A DNA stretch of 64,000 bases from Clostridia bacterium (GTDB taxonomy: Bacteria > Bacillota > Clostridia > Christensenellales > Aristaeellaceae), in the NCBI GenBank assembly GCA_016297535.1, contig JAEDGL010000001.1, positions 1,078 to 65,077 of the forward strand. The letters run 5' to 3'. The position numbers and the translations under genes were made by a program. The stretch's first letter is position 1; the number at the start of each line of letters is the position of its first letter. This document shows, piece by piece, positions 36,602-46,757 of this stretch. Below the pieces are notes generated by a model. It saw nothing but the letters and a program-made list of their open reading frames with translations, was not told the DNA's origin and did no database searches.

Positions 36602-37230
36602 GCGATGCCCTCCTTTACCTGCTTGCGCTTGCCATAAGCCTTAACCACCGCATTCACAATCAAAATCAGAATGCCAAGGGTGATAAAACCGCCGGAAGGA
36701 GATACGATAATGGCCATGGGCTTGTAAGCCGCGGGCATTACCTGCATACCAAACCAGGTGCCGCTGCCGATGATTTCGCGCACGGAAGACAGCAGCGTAA
36801 GCGAAAGGGTAAAGCCCAGACCCATACCCAAACCATCAATGATGGAAGGTACGGGAGGATTCTTGAAGGCAAACGATTCCGCGCGGGCAAAGATAATGCA
36901 GTTGACCACGATCAGCGGAATATAGATGCCCAACGAGCTGGACAGGGCGGGCACGAAGGCCTTGATCAACAGGTCAATAATGGTAACAAAGGTTGCGATG
37001 ACCACGACAAAGCTGGGAATACGCACCTTTTCAGGAATAATTTTGCGCAACAGGGAAATAACAAGGTTTGCAAACACCAGTACAAATGTGGTAGACAAGC
37101 CCATACCCAGGCCGTTGCTGGCTGCGGTTGAAACGGCAAGCGTAGGACACATGCCAAGCAGCAGGCGGAACGTGGGGTTTTCGTTAAAAAGGCCATTCAA
37201 AAAGACCTTCATCGGAGATTTCTGCTTCAT
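36598..37230 (-). CDS. rnfE: electron transport complex subunit RnfE
   Basis: 210 aa. ...NPTFRLLLGMCPTLAVS... and ...IPLIVVNCIIFARAE... are NqrD/RnfE signatures. ATGA overlaps with both neighbours. Confidence 0.93.
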   Translation of the reverse strand: MKQKSPMKVFLNGLFNENPTFRLLLGMCPTLAVSTAASNGLGMGLSTTFVLVFANLVISLLRKIIPEKVRIPSFVVVIATFVTIIDLLIKAFVPALSSSLGIYIPLIVVNCIIFARAESFAFKNPPVPSIIDGLGMGLGFTLSLTLLSSVREIIGSGTWFGMQVMPAAYKPMAIIVSPSGGFITLGILILIVNAVVKAYGKRKQVKEGIA

Positions 37231-38225
37231 GCCTGAGCACCTCCCTTTTTGATTTTGGCAGGCTTAACAGCACCAAAGGATTTGGGAGTGGTCCACTTGT
37301 CGATCAGCGGAGTGCACACATTCATAAAGAGAATGGCAAAGGAGCAGCCCTCGGGATAGCTGCCGAAGGTACGGATGACAAACAGGATAACCGCGCAGCC
37401 AACGCCCATGATCACCCTGCCCCACCTGGTTACCGGACAGGTAACATAATCGGTGGCCATGAAGAAGGCCCCTAGCATCAAGCCGCCGCTCAGCAGCTGA
37501 TACAACGCGCTGTCGGTGGAGCCAGGTGCGTAGATAGCGCCGGTTTCCACCCAGAACAGCACGAACGCTGTGGCAATGAAGGCAACCGGAACGCGCCAGT
37601 CGATGACGCGGCGAACAATCAGATACACGCCGCCCAAAATCAGCGTAAGCTTACAGGTTTCCCCCAGCATGCCGGGGACTTCGCCAATGAACAGCTGCCA
37701 CAGGCTGTAGCCGCTGTTTACCAGCGGAGTAGCGGATGCCACAGCGTCCGCCTCCACAGAAGCCAGGCCAAACAGCTGTCCGCCTGCGGGAACAGCGGTC
37801 GCAGCCATCAGGCCGGCCCAGGAAAGCATGAGAATGGTACGTGCGGCAAGCGCCGGGTTGATGAAATTCTGGCCCAGACCGCCAAACATCTGTTTTACCA
37901 GCACAATCGCAATCACAGATCCGATCGCACCCATCCACCAGGGCGCATTGGCGGGCAGATTGAACGCAAGCAGCAAACCGGTCACTACGGCGCTCAGGTC
38001 GCCGATGGTGGATTTTTGATGAGTCAGCTTTTCGTAAACCAGTTCAGCCAGCACGGCACAAACCACGGATACCAGAATCAGAGAAAGCGCACCCGTGCCG
38101 AAAAACCATACGGCAGCCAGTGCCGTCGGCAGCAAAGCAATAACAACATCGCCCATCAAGCCACGCGTGGATACCGCCGTATTGCGCAGCAAAGGAGACG
38201 AAGTGACGACAAGTTTCTTTTGCAT
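37227..38225 (-). CDS. rnfD: electron transport complex subunit RnfD
   Basis: 332 aa polytopic protein. SSPLLRNTAVSTRGLMGDVVIALLP start. Flavinylation-type motif ...DAVASATPL... Confidence 0.93.
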   Translation of the reverse strand: MQKKLVVTSSPLLRNTAVSTRGLMGDVVIALLPTALAAVWFFGTGALSLILVSVVCAVLAELVYEKLTHQKSTIGDLSAVVTGLLLAFNLPANAPWWMGAIGSVIAIVLVKQMFGGLGQNFINPALAARTILMLSWAGLMAATAVPAGGQLFGLASVEADAVASATPLVNSGYSLWQLFIGEVPGMLGETCKLTLILGGVYLIVRRVIDWRVPVAFIATAFVLFWVETGAIYAPGSTDSALYQLLSGGLMLGAFFMATDYVTCPVTRWGRVIMGVGCAVILFVIRTFGSYPEGCSFAILFMNVCTPLIDKWTTPKSFGAVKPAKIKKGGAQA

Positions 38226-38230
38226 ATGGA

Positions 38231-39577
38231 TTACTTATCTCCTTTCTTCGCAGCAGCTTCCCTGCGGCGCTGATTGATCATGCGTTTTGCAACGCGGCAG
38301 CTCTGGGTAAGGTTACGTCTGGAGGGGCAAACCCATGCGCAGGAGCCGCATTCGATGCAGTTAAGGGCGCTAAGCTTTTCGGCCTCATCAAACAGATCCT
38401 TGCGCACAAAACGATCGATGAAAGCGGGAAGCAGCTTCATGGGGCAGGCTTCAACGCAGCGTCCGCAGCGGATGCAGGGATTTTCATCCGCCAGAGAGGA
38501 AACCTGATCCATCGCCAGAATGCCACTACAACCCTTGGTAACGGGGATATCCTCGCGGCTGATGGCCATGCCCATCATGGGCCCGCCATAAATCAGCATC
38601 CGGGTGTTCTCATCCACCCCTTCGGAAGTATCGATCAGCCATTCCACGGGCGTGCCGATACGCACCAGATAGTTGGCAGGCTTGTTCACGGTGCCACCAA
38701 CGGTAACCACGCGATCAATCAGCGGACGTCCCTCGTAAGCCGCGCGGTGAAGCGCATAGCAGGTGCCCACATTGCAAACGATAACGCCCATATCCAGCGG
38801 CAGACCGCCCATGCGTACGGTACGGCCGGTCAGCGCGTAAACCAGCTGCTTTTCACCGCCCTGCGGATACTTGGTCTTGAGCGCCTCCACGCGGAAGCCC
38901 TCCTTGCCCTCGCAGGCCTTTTTCATCAGTTCAACGGCGTCCATCTTGTTGTCCTCAATGCCGATGAGAACGTTCTGGATGCCCAGCACCTTCTGGATGA
39001 GGCGCGCGCCGGATACAATCTGCTCGGCATGCTCCAGCATCAAACGGTGATCAGCGCTCAGGTAAGGTTCGCATTCCGCGCCGTTGAGCACCAGCGTATC
39101 CACCTTTTTGCCTTCGGGAACATTGAGCTTAATCGCCGTGGGGAAGGTTGCACCGCCAAGGCCCACGATCCCCATTTGACGGGCAAGATCGGACAGCTGC
39201 TGTACGGACATGGCTTCCGGATTGGAAACAGGCTTTTGTTCCACCCATTCATCCTTGAAGTCGTTATCAATGACTACGCTCATCACCTGCGTGCCGTTGG
39301 CAACCATGGCAGGCTGGCATTCCACCACCACGCCGGAGACGGACGCGTGCACAGCGGCGCTCATTCCGCCTACGGGTTCGCCAATCATTTGGCCAACCTT
39401 GACGGAGTCGCCTTTGGAAACCAGCGCTTTGCAGGGAGCGCCGATATGCTGCTGAAGCGGAATGATGACGCGAGAGGGCTGGGGAGCTGTTACAATGGGC
39501 AGGCCGGCGGTTACAGCCTTGCCGCCCTTTCCCTCATGCGGATGAATTCCGCCGGGAAAACTATGTACGATACTCAT
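38231..39577 (-). CDS. rnfC: electron transport complex subunit RnfC
   Basis: ATG 39577 follows CAGGAGGGA. GGIHP start, NADH/FMN-binding core (GLGGATFPT), two CxxCxxCxxxCP motifs near the C-terminus. Confidence 0.95.
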   Translation of the reverse strand: MSIVHSFPGGIHPHEGKGGKAVTAGLPIVTAPQPSRVIIPLQQHIGAPCKALVSKGDSVKVGQMIGEPVGGMSAAVHASVSGVVVECQPAMVANGTQVMSVVIDNDFKDEWVEQKPVSNPEAMSVQQLSDLARQMGIVGLGGATFPTAIKLNVPEGKKVDTLVLNGAECEPYLSADHRLMLEHAEQIVSGARLIQKVLGIQNVLIGIEDNKMDAVELMKKACEGKEGFRVEALKTKYPQGGEKQLVYALTGRTVRMGGLPLDMGVIVCNVGTCYALHRAAYEGRPLIDRVVTVGGTVNKPANYLVRIGTPVEWLIDTSEGVDENTRMLIYGGPMMGMAISREDIPVTKGCSGILAMDQVSSLADENPCIRCGRCVEACPMKLLPAFIDRFVRKDLFDEAEKLSALNCIECGSCAWVCPSRRNLTQSCRVAKRMINQRRREAAAKKGDK

Positions 39578-39672
39578 TGGGAATCGTCCCTCCTGAACAT
39601 TTTTGGTAAACATACATACCCATCAATCAGTATATCACAAAGAAGCGGTCAAGAAAAGAGTTGTTACTTTTT

Positions 39673-41397
39673 TCACATGAAAACAGCACTTTTCTTTTTC
39701 CACTCCTGAGCGGAACGAAGAATGGCTCTTGCGTGCGCGATGCCGCTTTCCTGATCGCTTTGCGTAACGCCGATCAGACGCGCGATTTCGCGAATGCGTC
39801 CTTCACTGTCCAGCGTGGTCAGGCTGGTTTGGGTGCGATCCCCCACCACCTGTTTTTGAACAAAGTACTGGATGTCGGCCATCGCTGCAATCTGAGCCAG
39901 ATGCGTTACGCACAGCACCTGATGGTAGCGCGCTATCGAAGCCATTTTTTCCGCGACAACGCCTGCCACATGGCCGCTGATCCCGGTATCGATTTCGTCA
40001 AAAATCATGCAGGGAATGCCGTCGTTCGCTGCGCCCGCGGCCTTCATAGCCAGCATCAGCCTCGAAAGCTCGCCGCCGGAGGCAGTTTTGTCAAGCGGCT
40101 TAAGGGGCTCGCCGGGGTTGGGGGCAATGTAAAAGCATATATGGTCGTCGCCAAGGGGCGTGGGCACCTTTTTTTGCCCCGGCTCCGGCTGCTCGAACAC
40201 GCAGGAAAAGCGGGTATTTTGCATGCCCAGATCCTTCAGTTCGTTTTCCATCATTGCTTCAAAGCGGCTGGCAATCTGCTTTCGTTGCTCGGTCAAAAGC
40301 GCCGCCTGTGCCCGATAGGCCTGTAGCTTTTGCTTAAAATCCGTTTCTGCGTGCTTCAGGCGCTCTTCCATGCCGTCAAGCCTGTCCAGTTCGTTTTTGA
40401 TTTCTTCGTGATGGCTGACCAGCTCGTCCGCCGTCATGCCGTAGCGTCGCTCCAGCCTGCGGATCTGGTCCAGACGGTCCTGCACAGCTTCGCTGCGTTC
40501 GGGATCAAAGCTTTCGCTTTCCAGCGCGTCGCGCAATTCAATGCCCATCTCCTCCACCTCGTAATAGGCGGTGGAAATGCGGTCTGCCAGCGCCTTGTAG
40601 CGCGGATCGACATCCTCAATCATACGAAGCGCATCCGAGGCGTCGCGCAACTTGCTTGCAGCGTTCTTTTCCCGTCCGCTGCCGGATATTTCTTCATAAG
40701 CGGCCCGCACAGAGCGATCTATGCGCTCGGCGCTTGCAAAACGGCTTTTTTCGGCCGCAAGCCTGTCCGCCTCCCCCATTTCCAGCGCAGCCGAATCCAG
40801 CTCCCTGACACGGTTTTGCAGATAGGCCTGACGCTCGGTCCGCTGCGCGTTTTCCTTGCGAAGCGCAGAAAAACGGCTGCTGCTTTCGCGCCATGCGTGA
40901 TAGGCTTTTTCCACTTGCGTAAGACGGCTGTGAAAAACATCCCCGCCGAAGGAATCCAGAAACGCCATGTGGTTCTGGCTGTTCAGGAGACTCTGATGCT
41001 CGTGCTGGCCATGGATGTCGATCAGCTGCTGCGTAAGGGCCTTCAAAAAGGCAAGCGGAACAATCACGCCGCATACGCGGCAGACATTGCGTCCACTTAC
41101 AGAAATTTCGCGCTGAATGCTGATGATGCTACCGTCGGCTTCCAGCTCCTGCTGGCGCAAAAGTTCCGCTGCGGAACGGCAATCCGAAATATCGATAAAC
41201 GCTTCCACGGACGCCTTTTCGCAGCCGGAACGGATCAGTCCCCGGTCGGCGCGTTCTCCAAGCATCAGGTTAATGCTGTCTACAATGATGGATTTGCCTG
41301 CGCCGGTTTCGCCGCTGAGCACATGCATGCCTTTGCCAAACGCAATCTCCAAATGCTCAATCAGGGCGATGTTGCGCACGGTCATGGAAACAAGCAT
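39673..41397 (-). CDS. recN: DNA repair protein RecN
   Basis: 574 aa. MLVSMTVRNIALIEHLEIAF...GETGAGKSI Walker A, coiled-coil middle, C-terminal ASGGELSRLMLA signature and Walker B IFDEIDTG. Confidence 0.95.
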   Translation of the reverse strand: MLVSMTVRNIALIEHLEIAFGKGMHVLSGETGAGKSIIVDSINLMLGERADRGLIRSGCEKASVEAFIDISDCRSAAELLRQQELEADGSIISIQREISVSGRNVCRVCGVIVPLAFLKALTQQLIDIHGQHEHQSLLNSQNHMAFLDSFGGDVFHSRLTQVEKAYHAWRESSSRFSALRKENAQRTERQAYLQNRVRELDSAALEMGEADRLAAEKSRFASAERIDRSVRAAYEEISGSGREKNAASKLRDASDALRMIEDVDPRYKALADRISTAYYEVEEMGIELRDALESESFDPERSEAVQDRLDQIRRLERRYGMTADELVSHHEEIKNELDRLDGMEERLKHAETDFKQKLQAYRAQAALLTEQRKQIASRFEAMMENELKDLGMQNTRFSCVFEQPEPGQKKVPTPLGDDHICFYIAPNPGEPLKPLDKTASGGELSRLMLAMKAAGAANDGIPCMIFDEIDTGISGHVAGVVAEKMASIARYHQVLCVTHLAQIAAMADIQYFVQKQVVGDRTQTSLTTLDSEGRIREIARLIGVTQSDQESGIAHARAILRSAQEWKKKSAVFM

Positions 41398-41430
41398 ATC
41401 TGCCGCACGTTCCTTTCATCATGGATAGCA

Positions 41431-41889
41431 TCAGCGCCGGATCATTGCGTTGATGCGGTCGATCACCGTCTGCACATCCTCCATGCTGCGTACGATCATC
41501 AAAATGGTATTTTCGCCCGCAATGGTTCCAAGAATCTCCGGCCACTGCAGGCTGTCGATGGTTTCGGCGGCAATGCTGGCCGTTGCGGAAAGTGTTTTGA
41601 TGACAATTTGATTGTACGCATGATCGATGCTCACAACCGTTTCGCTGAACATGCGGATCAGGCGTTCGTTCAGGCTGCCCTCGTTTTTATCGGAGGTTAC
41701 ATAGCGGTAGGCGCCGTCGGCAGAAAGCGCCTTCACCAGCCTGAGCTCCTTGATATCGCGGGAAACCGTGGCCTGTGTAACGCGGAAGCCGTGAGAACGC
41801 AAGGCGTCGGCCAGCTCCTCCTGGGTTTCGATGGCATTTTCAGCAATGATGTCCAAAATCGCAATCTGTCGGGCGGATTTCATTGGCAT
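41431..41889 (-). CDS. argR: arginine repressor ArgR/AhrC
   Basis: 152 aa. wHTH (TQEELADALRSHGFRVTQATVSRDIKEL) and C-terminal arginine-binding domain (GTIAGENTILMI). Confidence 0.9.
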   Translation of the reverse strand: MPMKSARQIAILDIIAENAIETQEELADALRSHGFRVTQATVSRDIKELRLVKALSADGAYRYVTSDKNEGSLNERLIRMFSETVVSIDHAYNQIVIKTLSATASIAAETIDSLQWPEILGTIAGENTILMIVRSMEDVQTVIDRINAMIRR

Positions 41890-41898
41890 CTCTCCTTA

Positions 41899-42744
41899 TC
41901 AGCAGCTCCATTCGGACAGCTTGATGCGAATGGTGCTGAAAAAACTTCTGGGTTCCAGGCGAACAAAGCGCGCCGGACGGCTGGCACGCGTTACCGTCAG
42001 CGCCTGATTGGCATGCAATGTAAAGATCTCCTGGCCGTCGACGGATACCATGGCCTGTACGGCCTCGGTAAGCCGGATGACAACCGTTTGCGAGGCGGAG
42101 GTAACAACCGGTCTGTGCTGCAGGGAATGCGCGCAAACAGGTGTTAGCAGCATGCATTCCACCTCGGGACAGATAATCGGTCCGCCTGCGGATAACGAGT
42201 ACCCGGTGGAACCGGTGGGCGTTGATACAATCAGGCCATCCGCAATAAAATGCCCCACCAAATCCTGATCCACATAGGCGTCCATGCCGATGAGACGCGC
42301 ATACCCGCCGCGGCTGACCACCACATCGTTGAGCGCATAAGCCGTTTGATCCCCCAGGGATAGCTTGAGCATCATGCGTTCCTGAATGGTGTATTCATCT
42401 CCGGCCAGCTTTTCAAACGCTTTTTCCAGCTGATCCATTTCCAGCTCCGCCAAAAACCCTACGCGGCCGATATTGACCCCCAGCAGCGGAAGATCCAATT
42501 GCATGGACAGGCTGTTGGCGCGAAGCAGCGTACCATCCCCGCCTACGGACAGGATTGCTTCACAGCCGGAAGATTCACAGGAATCAAATACCTGCACGCC
42601 CGCATGCTGCATTCGCTCAAACAGCCACGGCTCTGCGCAAACGCGGATTCCCGCTTTATGCAGTTTTTCCGCTACAGTTGCCGCAATTTCCTCAATGTTG
42701 GGCTTTTGGTCATGCATAAGCACATACACGGATTTCACACGCAA
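41899..42744 (-). CDS. nadK: NAD(+) kinase
   Basis: 281 aa. TTG start after GGAAAGG. GGDGT motif (SVGGDGTLL) and ...TPTGSTGYSLSAGGPI... Confidence 0.9.
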   Translation of the reverse strand: MRVKSVYVLMHDQKPNIEEIAATVAEKLHKAGIRVCAEPWLFERMQHAGVQVFDSCESSGCEAILSVGGDGTLLRANSLSMQLDLPLLGVNIGRVGFLAELEMDQLEKAFEKLAGDEYTIQERMMLKLSLGDQTAYALNDVVVSRGGYARLIGMDAYVDQDLVGHFIADGLIVSTPTGSTGYSLSAGGPIICPEVECMLLTPVCAHSLQHRPVVTSASQTVVIRLTEAVQAMVSVDGQEIFTLHANQALTVTRASRPARFVRLEPRSFFSTIRIKLSEWSC

Positions 42745-42800
42745 TGCCGCCTTTCCTGATCAGTATAACACAATCTGCATAATCATGCAACACTGCATGG

Positions 42801-43631
42801 TTATGCAAATGTGAATGGATCCTTTGAAAGGTTCCTGTGCGCCTGCGCCACCACCTCGGCTATGCGGGCTTCATCAATGCTTTGCCGTGCGATATCCTGC
42901 GGCAGAAGCTCGGTGATGTATTCAATATTCCCTTCGGGCCCGGTAATGGGCGAAAAATCCACCTGGGCCATCGTATAGCCAAAACTTGGAACAAATGAGG
43001 CAATCTCCTCAATCACCTGGCGGTGAACCGCTGGATCGCGCACCACGCCCTTTTTGCCCACGTGTTCGCGACCCGCCTCAAACTGCGGCTTGATCAGGAT
43101 GCAGAAACGGCCCCTGCCGTCCATCAGCCCGGATGCAACGGGCAAAATCAGCTTGACGGAAATAAAGGATACGTCCATTACTGTCAGATCCGGCACACAG
43201 GGAATCTGCTCATGGGTAAGATAGCGGGCGTTGGTACGCTCCAGCACCGTCACACGTTCGTCGCTGCGTATTTTCCAGTCCAGCTGGCCATAACCCACGT
43301 CAATCGCATAAACATGCCTTGCGCCATTTTGCAAAAGCACATCCGTAAAACCGCCTGTAGCGGCGCCGATATCCATGCATACGGCATCCGTCACATCCAC
43401 GCCAAACACGCGCAGCGCCTTGTCCAGCTTAAGCGCTCCGCGGCCGACAAAAGGATGCACATGGCCGCGCACAATCAGTTCCGCGTCCTCGCTTACCTTT
43501 TCAGATGCCTTGAGTACCTTAACCTCTTTCACATAAACCTGACCGGCCATAATCAGCGCCTGCGCCCTTTCACGGCTGGGCGCAAGCCCCTGACGAACCA
43601 TTGCCAGATCCACGCGGAGTTTATCAGCCAT
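42801..43631 (-). CDS. tlyA: TlyA family rRNA (cytidine-2'-O)-methyltransferase
   Basis: ORF reaches 43874. ATG 43631 (MADKLRVDLAMVRQGLAPSRERAQALI..., S4 domain) gives about 276 aa. SAM motif DIGAATGGFTD. Confidence 0.9.
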   Translation of the reverse strand: MADKLRVDLAMVRQGLAPSRERAQALIMAGQVYVKEVKVLKASEKVSEDAELIVRGHVHPFVGRGALKLDKALRVFGVDVTDAVCMDIGAATGGFTDVLLQNGARHVYAIDVGYGQLDWKIRSDERVTVLERTNARYLTHEQIPCVPDLTVMDVSFISVKLILPVASGLMDGRGRFCILIKPQFEAGREHVGKKGVVRDPAVHRQVIEEIASFVPSFGYTMAQVDFSPITGPEGNIEYITELLPQDIARQSIDEARIAEVVAQAHRNLSKDPFTFA

Positions 43632-45513
43632 TCTTCTGTACTCCTTTTTGACACGTTGTTCGGATGCACTGGGCGATGCTTTCATCATCCAGCCCAACCT
43701 CTGCCAGCAGATGCTTATGGTCACCATGCTGGATGTAGCGGTCTTCCACACCCAGGCGTGTGATAAACGGCTGCACATGGAGGTCAGTGGCCGCCTCCAG
43801 CACCGCGCTGCCAAAACCGCCCTGAAGCATATGCTCCTCCAGTGTAAAAACAGGCTTCTGCGCGGCAAAAACACGAAGCAGGCATTGCTGATCCAACGGC
43901 TTTATGGTGGATGCATTGATAACCTCTGCCTCCAGTCCTTCCAGGGACAGGGCATCGGCTACGCGAAGCGCAGCCGCCGTCATGGTTCCGGTGGCAAGTA
44001 CAATGAGATTTTCTCCCTTGCGAAGCTGCTGCCATTTGCCAACCTCAAAGCCTTCAATGGAATACCCTGCAGGCAGGGCTTCCGCGTTTTTGGGATAACG
44101 AATGGCACAGGGCCTGCCGCGGCGATGGGCAGCACGAATCATCATGGATAGCTCTTCCCCGTTTGCCGGCGAGAGCACCGTCATGTTGGGAATATGGCGC
44201 AGATAGGCAAAATCGTAAAGCCCCTGATGGGTTTGTCCGTCTTCGTTGGAAATGCCGGATCGATCCAGCAGGCAAACAACCGGCAGATTCAGAATGCACA
44301 CATCATTCATCAGCTGATCATAGCCACGCTGCAGGAATGTGGAATATACAAAAAGGAACGGACGCATTCCTCCGGCTGCCAACCCGGCGCAAAGCGACAC
44401 GGCATGCTCCTCGGCAATGCCTACGTCCAAAAACCGGTCGGGATAGGCTTTCTCAAAATCCGCCGTACAAGTGCCAAGCGGCATGGCGGCTGTAAGGGCC
44501 ATAATACGCTTGTCCCCGGCGGCAAGTTCAATCAGCGTTTCGTTGGCAATAGCGCCATTGGAACGGGAGCCAGAGGCGCTTACCTGACCGTTTTCTACCA
44601 AAAATGGAGGCGTGCCATGAAAAGCTTCCGGCTTGCGCTCTGCCCGGTGATAACCGTAGCCCTTCTTGGTTAAACAATGGATAACCACGGGTCCTTCCAG
44701 TCTCTTTGCCTGTTCCATCATTTTTTCAACCGAGGCAAGATCGTTTCCGTCCACGGGTCCCAGATAGCGAAAGCCAAGAGCGGAAAAAAAACCTTCGTCA
44801 ATCTCGTTGACCAAAATGCTTTTCACAGCCTGCTTCATCCTGTGTATAAAATGGTAGATAGGTTCGCCTACAGCCGGAATGCGAGAAAGGTTGTTTTTAA
44901 CGCGTTTTTTGGTAAAATTCCATCCCGCACTGGCGCGTAGCCTTGCCAGATGCTTGCTCAGCGCACCCACGTTTTTGGCAATCGACATTTCATTGTCGTT
45001 GAGAACCACAATCAGCCGCGTTTTGGTATTGCCGCAATCATTGATCGCTTCATAGCACATACCGCCGGTTAGCGCGCCGTCGCCGACCACTGCCACAACG
45101 TGATGGTTTTGTCCCTGGGCATCCCGCGCTCTGGCCAGGCCAAGCGCCTGGGAAATGGAAGTAGAGGCATGGCCCGCATCAAAAAGATCGTATTCGCTCT
45201 CGGTTCTTCTGGGAAAACCCGCAAGCCCGCCGTAGGTACGCAGCGTATCAAACGCCTCGTACCGTCCCGTAAGCAGCTTGTGCGCATAGGTCTGGTGCCC
45301 TACATCAAAAACAATTTTATCCTTTGGCGTATCAAACACGCGATGCAGCGCCAGGGTGATTTCCACCACCCCCAGATTGGAGGAAAGGTGCCCGCCGTTT
45401 CGGGCTACGGTCTGAATGATCTTGGCACGAATATCATCCGCCAGTTCCTCACACTCCTCTATGGAAAGAGAACGGATATCTGACGGATCCTTGATTTGCG
45501 ATAAAGCAATCAT
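43624..45513 (-). CDS. dxs: 1-deoxy-D-xylulose-5-phosphate synthase
   Basis: ORF reaches 45669. ATG 45513 follows AAAGGAG. ...GGHLSSNLGVVEITLALH... and TPP motif VVGDGALTGGM. Confidence 0.95.
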   Translation of the reverse strand: MIALSQIKDPSDIRSLSIEECEELADDIRAKIIQTVARNGGHLSSNLGVVEITLALHRVFDTPKDKIVFDVGHQTYAHKLLTGRYEAFDTLRTYGGLAGFPRRTESEYDLFDAGHASTSISQALGLARARDAQGQNHHVVAVVGDGALTGGMCYEAINDCGNTKTRLIVVLNDNEMSIAKNVGALSKHLARLRASAGWNFTKKRVKNNLSRIPAVGEPIYHFIHRMKQAVKSILVNEIDEGFFSALGFRYLGPVDGNDLASVEKMMEQAKRLEGPVVIHCLTKKGYGYHRAERKPEAFHGTPPFLVENGQVSASGSRSNGAIANETLIELAAGDKRIMALTAAMPLGTCTADFEKAYPDRFLDVGIAEEHAVSLCAGLAAGGMRPFLFVYSTFLQRGYDQLMNDVCILNLPVVCLLDRSGISNEDGQTHQGLYDFAYLRHIPNMTVLSPANGEELSMMIRAAHRRGRPCAIRYPKNAEALPAGYSIEGFEVGKWQQLRKGENLIVLATGTMTAAALRVADALSLEGLEAEVINASTIKPLDQQCLLRVFAAQKPVFTLEEHMLQGGFGSAVLEAATDLHVQPFITRLGVEDRYIQHGDHKHLLAEVGLDDESIAQCIRTTCQKGVQKNG

Positions 45514-45535
45514 GGCTCGCTCCTTTGTTGGCACA

Positions 45536-46741
45536 TTACAGTTTCGCTCCGTTTTTGGGCCCGGCCTTGCCGCCCAGAGATACATCCTTGAGGATATCGG
45601 AGGAGTAGGCGTAATTGCTGTCGTCCTTATCCTGCTTGGCCTGCATGGCACATTCCACCAGCTTATCAATCATCTGTTTGTAGGGCAGGCCGGTGGCCTC
45701 CCAAAGATAAAACGCCATGGAGCCGGGCAGGGTGTTGATTTCGGTAATATACAGGCTGTTATTCGCCGAATCGTACATATAGTCAATGCGTACAACGCCC
45801 TTGCAATCCATGTTGTTAAAGATGTCCATGGAAAGCTTCTGGATGCGGTCGCGAAGCTCAGGCTCGATGGGCGCGGGCAGGATGCGTTTGAGAGACGCCA
45901 TGCCCTTGCTGCCGCCGCTGGCGCCGTATTTATCCATATAGGTAAGAAGCTCGCCGCAGGTTACGGGCATCTCAATCTCGCTGGCCTGGGCCTCGCCGTT
46001 ATAGCCAAGCACGGAGCAGTTAAGTTCCAGCGGTTTGGTAAGACCCTGCTCGATAAGCACCTTGCGATCAAAATCGAAGGCCAGCTCCAACGCTTCCTCC
46101 AGCTCGCTGCGGTTGCAGGCGCGGCTTACGCCGATGGACGAACCCAGAGAAGCAGGCTTAACAAACACCGGATAAGGCAGCTGTTTTTCAATGCCGTCCA
46201 GCACGGCGGCGCGATCCTTTTCCCAAGCATGGCGCAGATACCAGCAATCCGGCAAAACGGGGAATCCGGCGCCGCGGAAGAATTGCTTCATGTATACCTT
46301 ATCCATACCGATCGCGCTCGCGCCAACGCCGGAACTGGAATAAGGAATGTTGCACAGCTCCAGCAGTCCCTGTACCGTGCCGTCTTCTCCATGCATGCCG
46401 TGAAACACCGGGATGGCGCAGTCCAGACGTGCCACAACCACCTCTCTGTCCTTGGCCAGCAGGCCTTTGCCATGCTCGATTCGGGTAAGCGCGCCGCTTC
46501 CCGCAGTCAAATCCGGGTTGATGCGGATGATCCCCTTTTTGGCGGGATCAAAGGGCGTATAGGCGCTCATCTCCAAAAGCGTTTCGCCGGTAAACCATTC
46601 GCCCTGTTTGCTGATGTATACAGGAATAACGTCATATTTCTCTCGGTCGGCAGCACGCATCAGCTGCACGGCGCTGATGATGGATACGTCGTGTTCGCAG
46701 CTGCGGCTGCCGTAAAATACGCCAAGCTGAATTTTTTTCAT
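45536..46741 (-). CDS. ddl: D-alanine--D-alanine ligase family protein (long form, about 401 aa)
   Basis: ATG 46741 follows GGAGGAA. MKKIQLGVFYGSRSCEHDVSIISA start. ATP-grasp motifs (...VFVKPASLGSSIGVS..., ...EINTLPG...). Confidence 0.9.
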   Translation of the reverse strand: MKKIQLGVFYGSRSCEHDVSIISAVQLMRAADREKYDVIPVYISKQGEWFTGETLLEMSAYTPFDPAKKGIIRINPDLTAGSGALTRIEHGKGLLAKDREVVVARLDCAIPVFHGMHGEDGTVQGLLELCNIPYSSSGVGASAIGMDKVYMKQFFRGAGFPVLPDCWYLRHAWEKDRAAVLDGIEKQLPYPVFVKPASLGSSIGVSRACNRSELEEALELAFDFDRKVLIEQGLTKPLELNCSVLGYNGEAQASEIEMPVTCGELLTYMDKYGASGGSKGMASLKRILPAPIEPELRDRIQKLSMDIFNNMDCKGVVRIDYMYDSANNSLYITEINTLPGSMAFYLWEATGLPYKQMIDKLVECAMQAKQDKDDSNYAYSSDILKDVSLGGKAGPKNGAKL

Positions 46742-46757
46742 CTTTCCATTCCTCCAA

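Noticed and set aside
34952-36637. 561-aa plus-strand ORF opposite rnfB and rnfA.
   Set aside because: Antisense shadow of two unmistakable Rnf subunit genes. It runs straight through their intergenic gap.
40330-42147. 605-aa plus-strand ORF opposite recN, argR and nadK. Similar cases are 45416-46912 (opposite dxs/ddl/murF), 50990-52861 (opposite EF-G) and 62028-63254 (opposite GH9).
   Set aside because: Same codon-aligned antisense phenomenon. Each spans gene boundaries of the real minus-strand genes.
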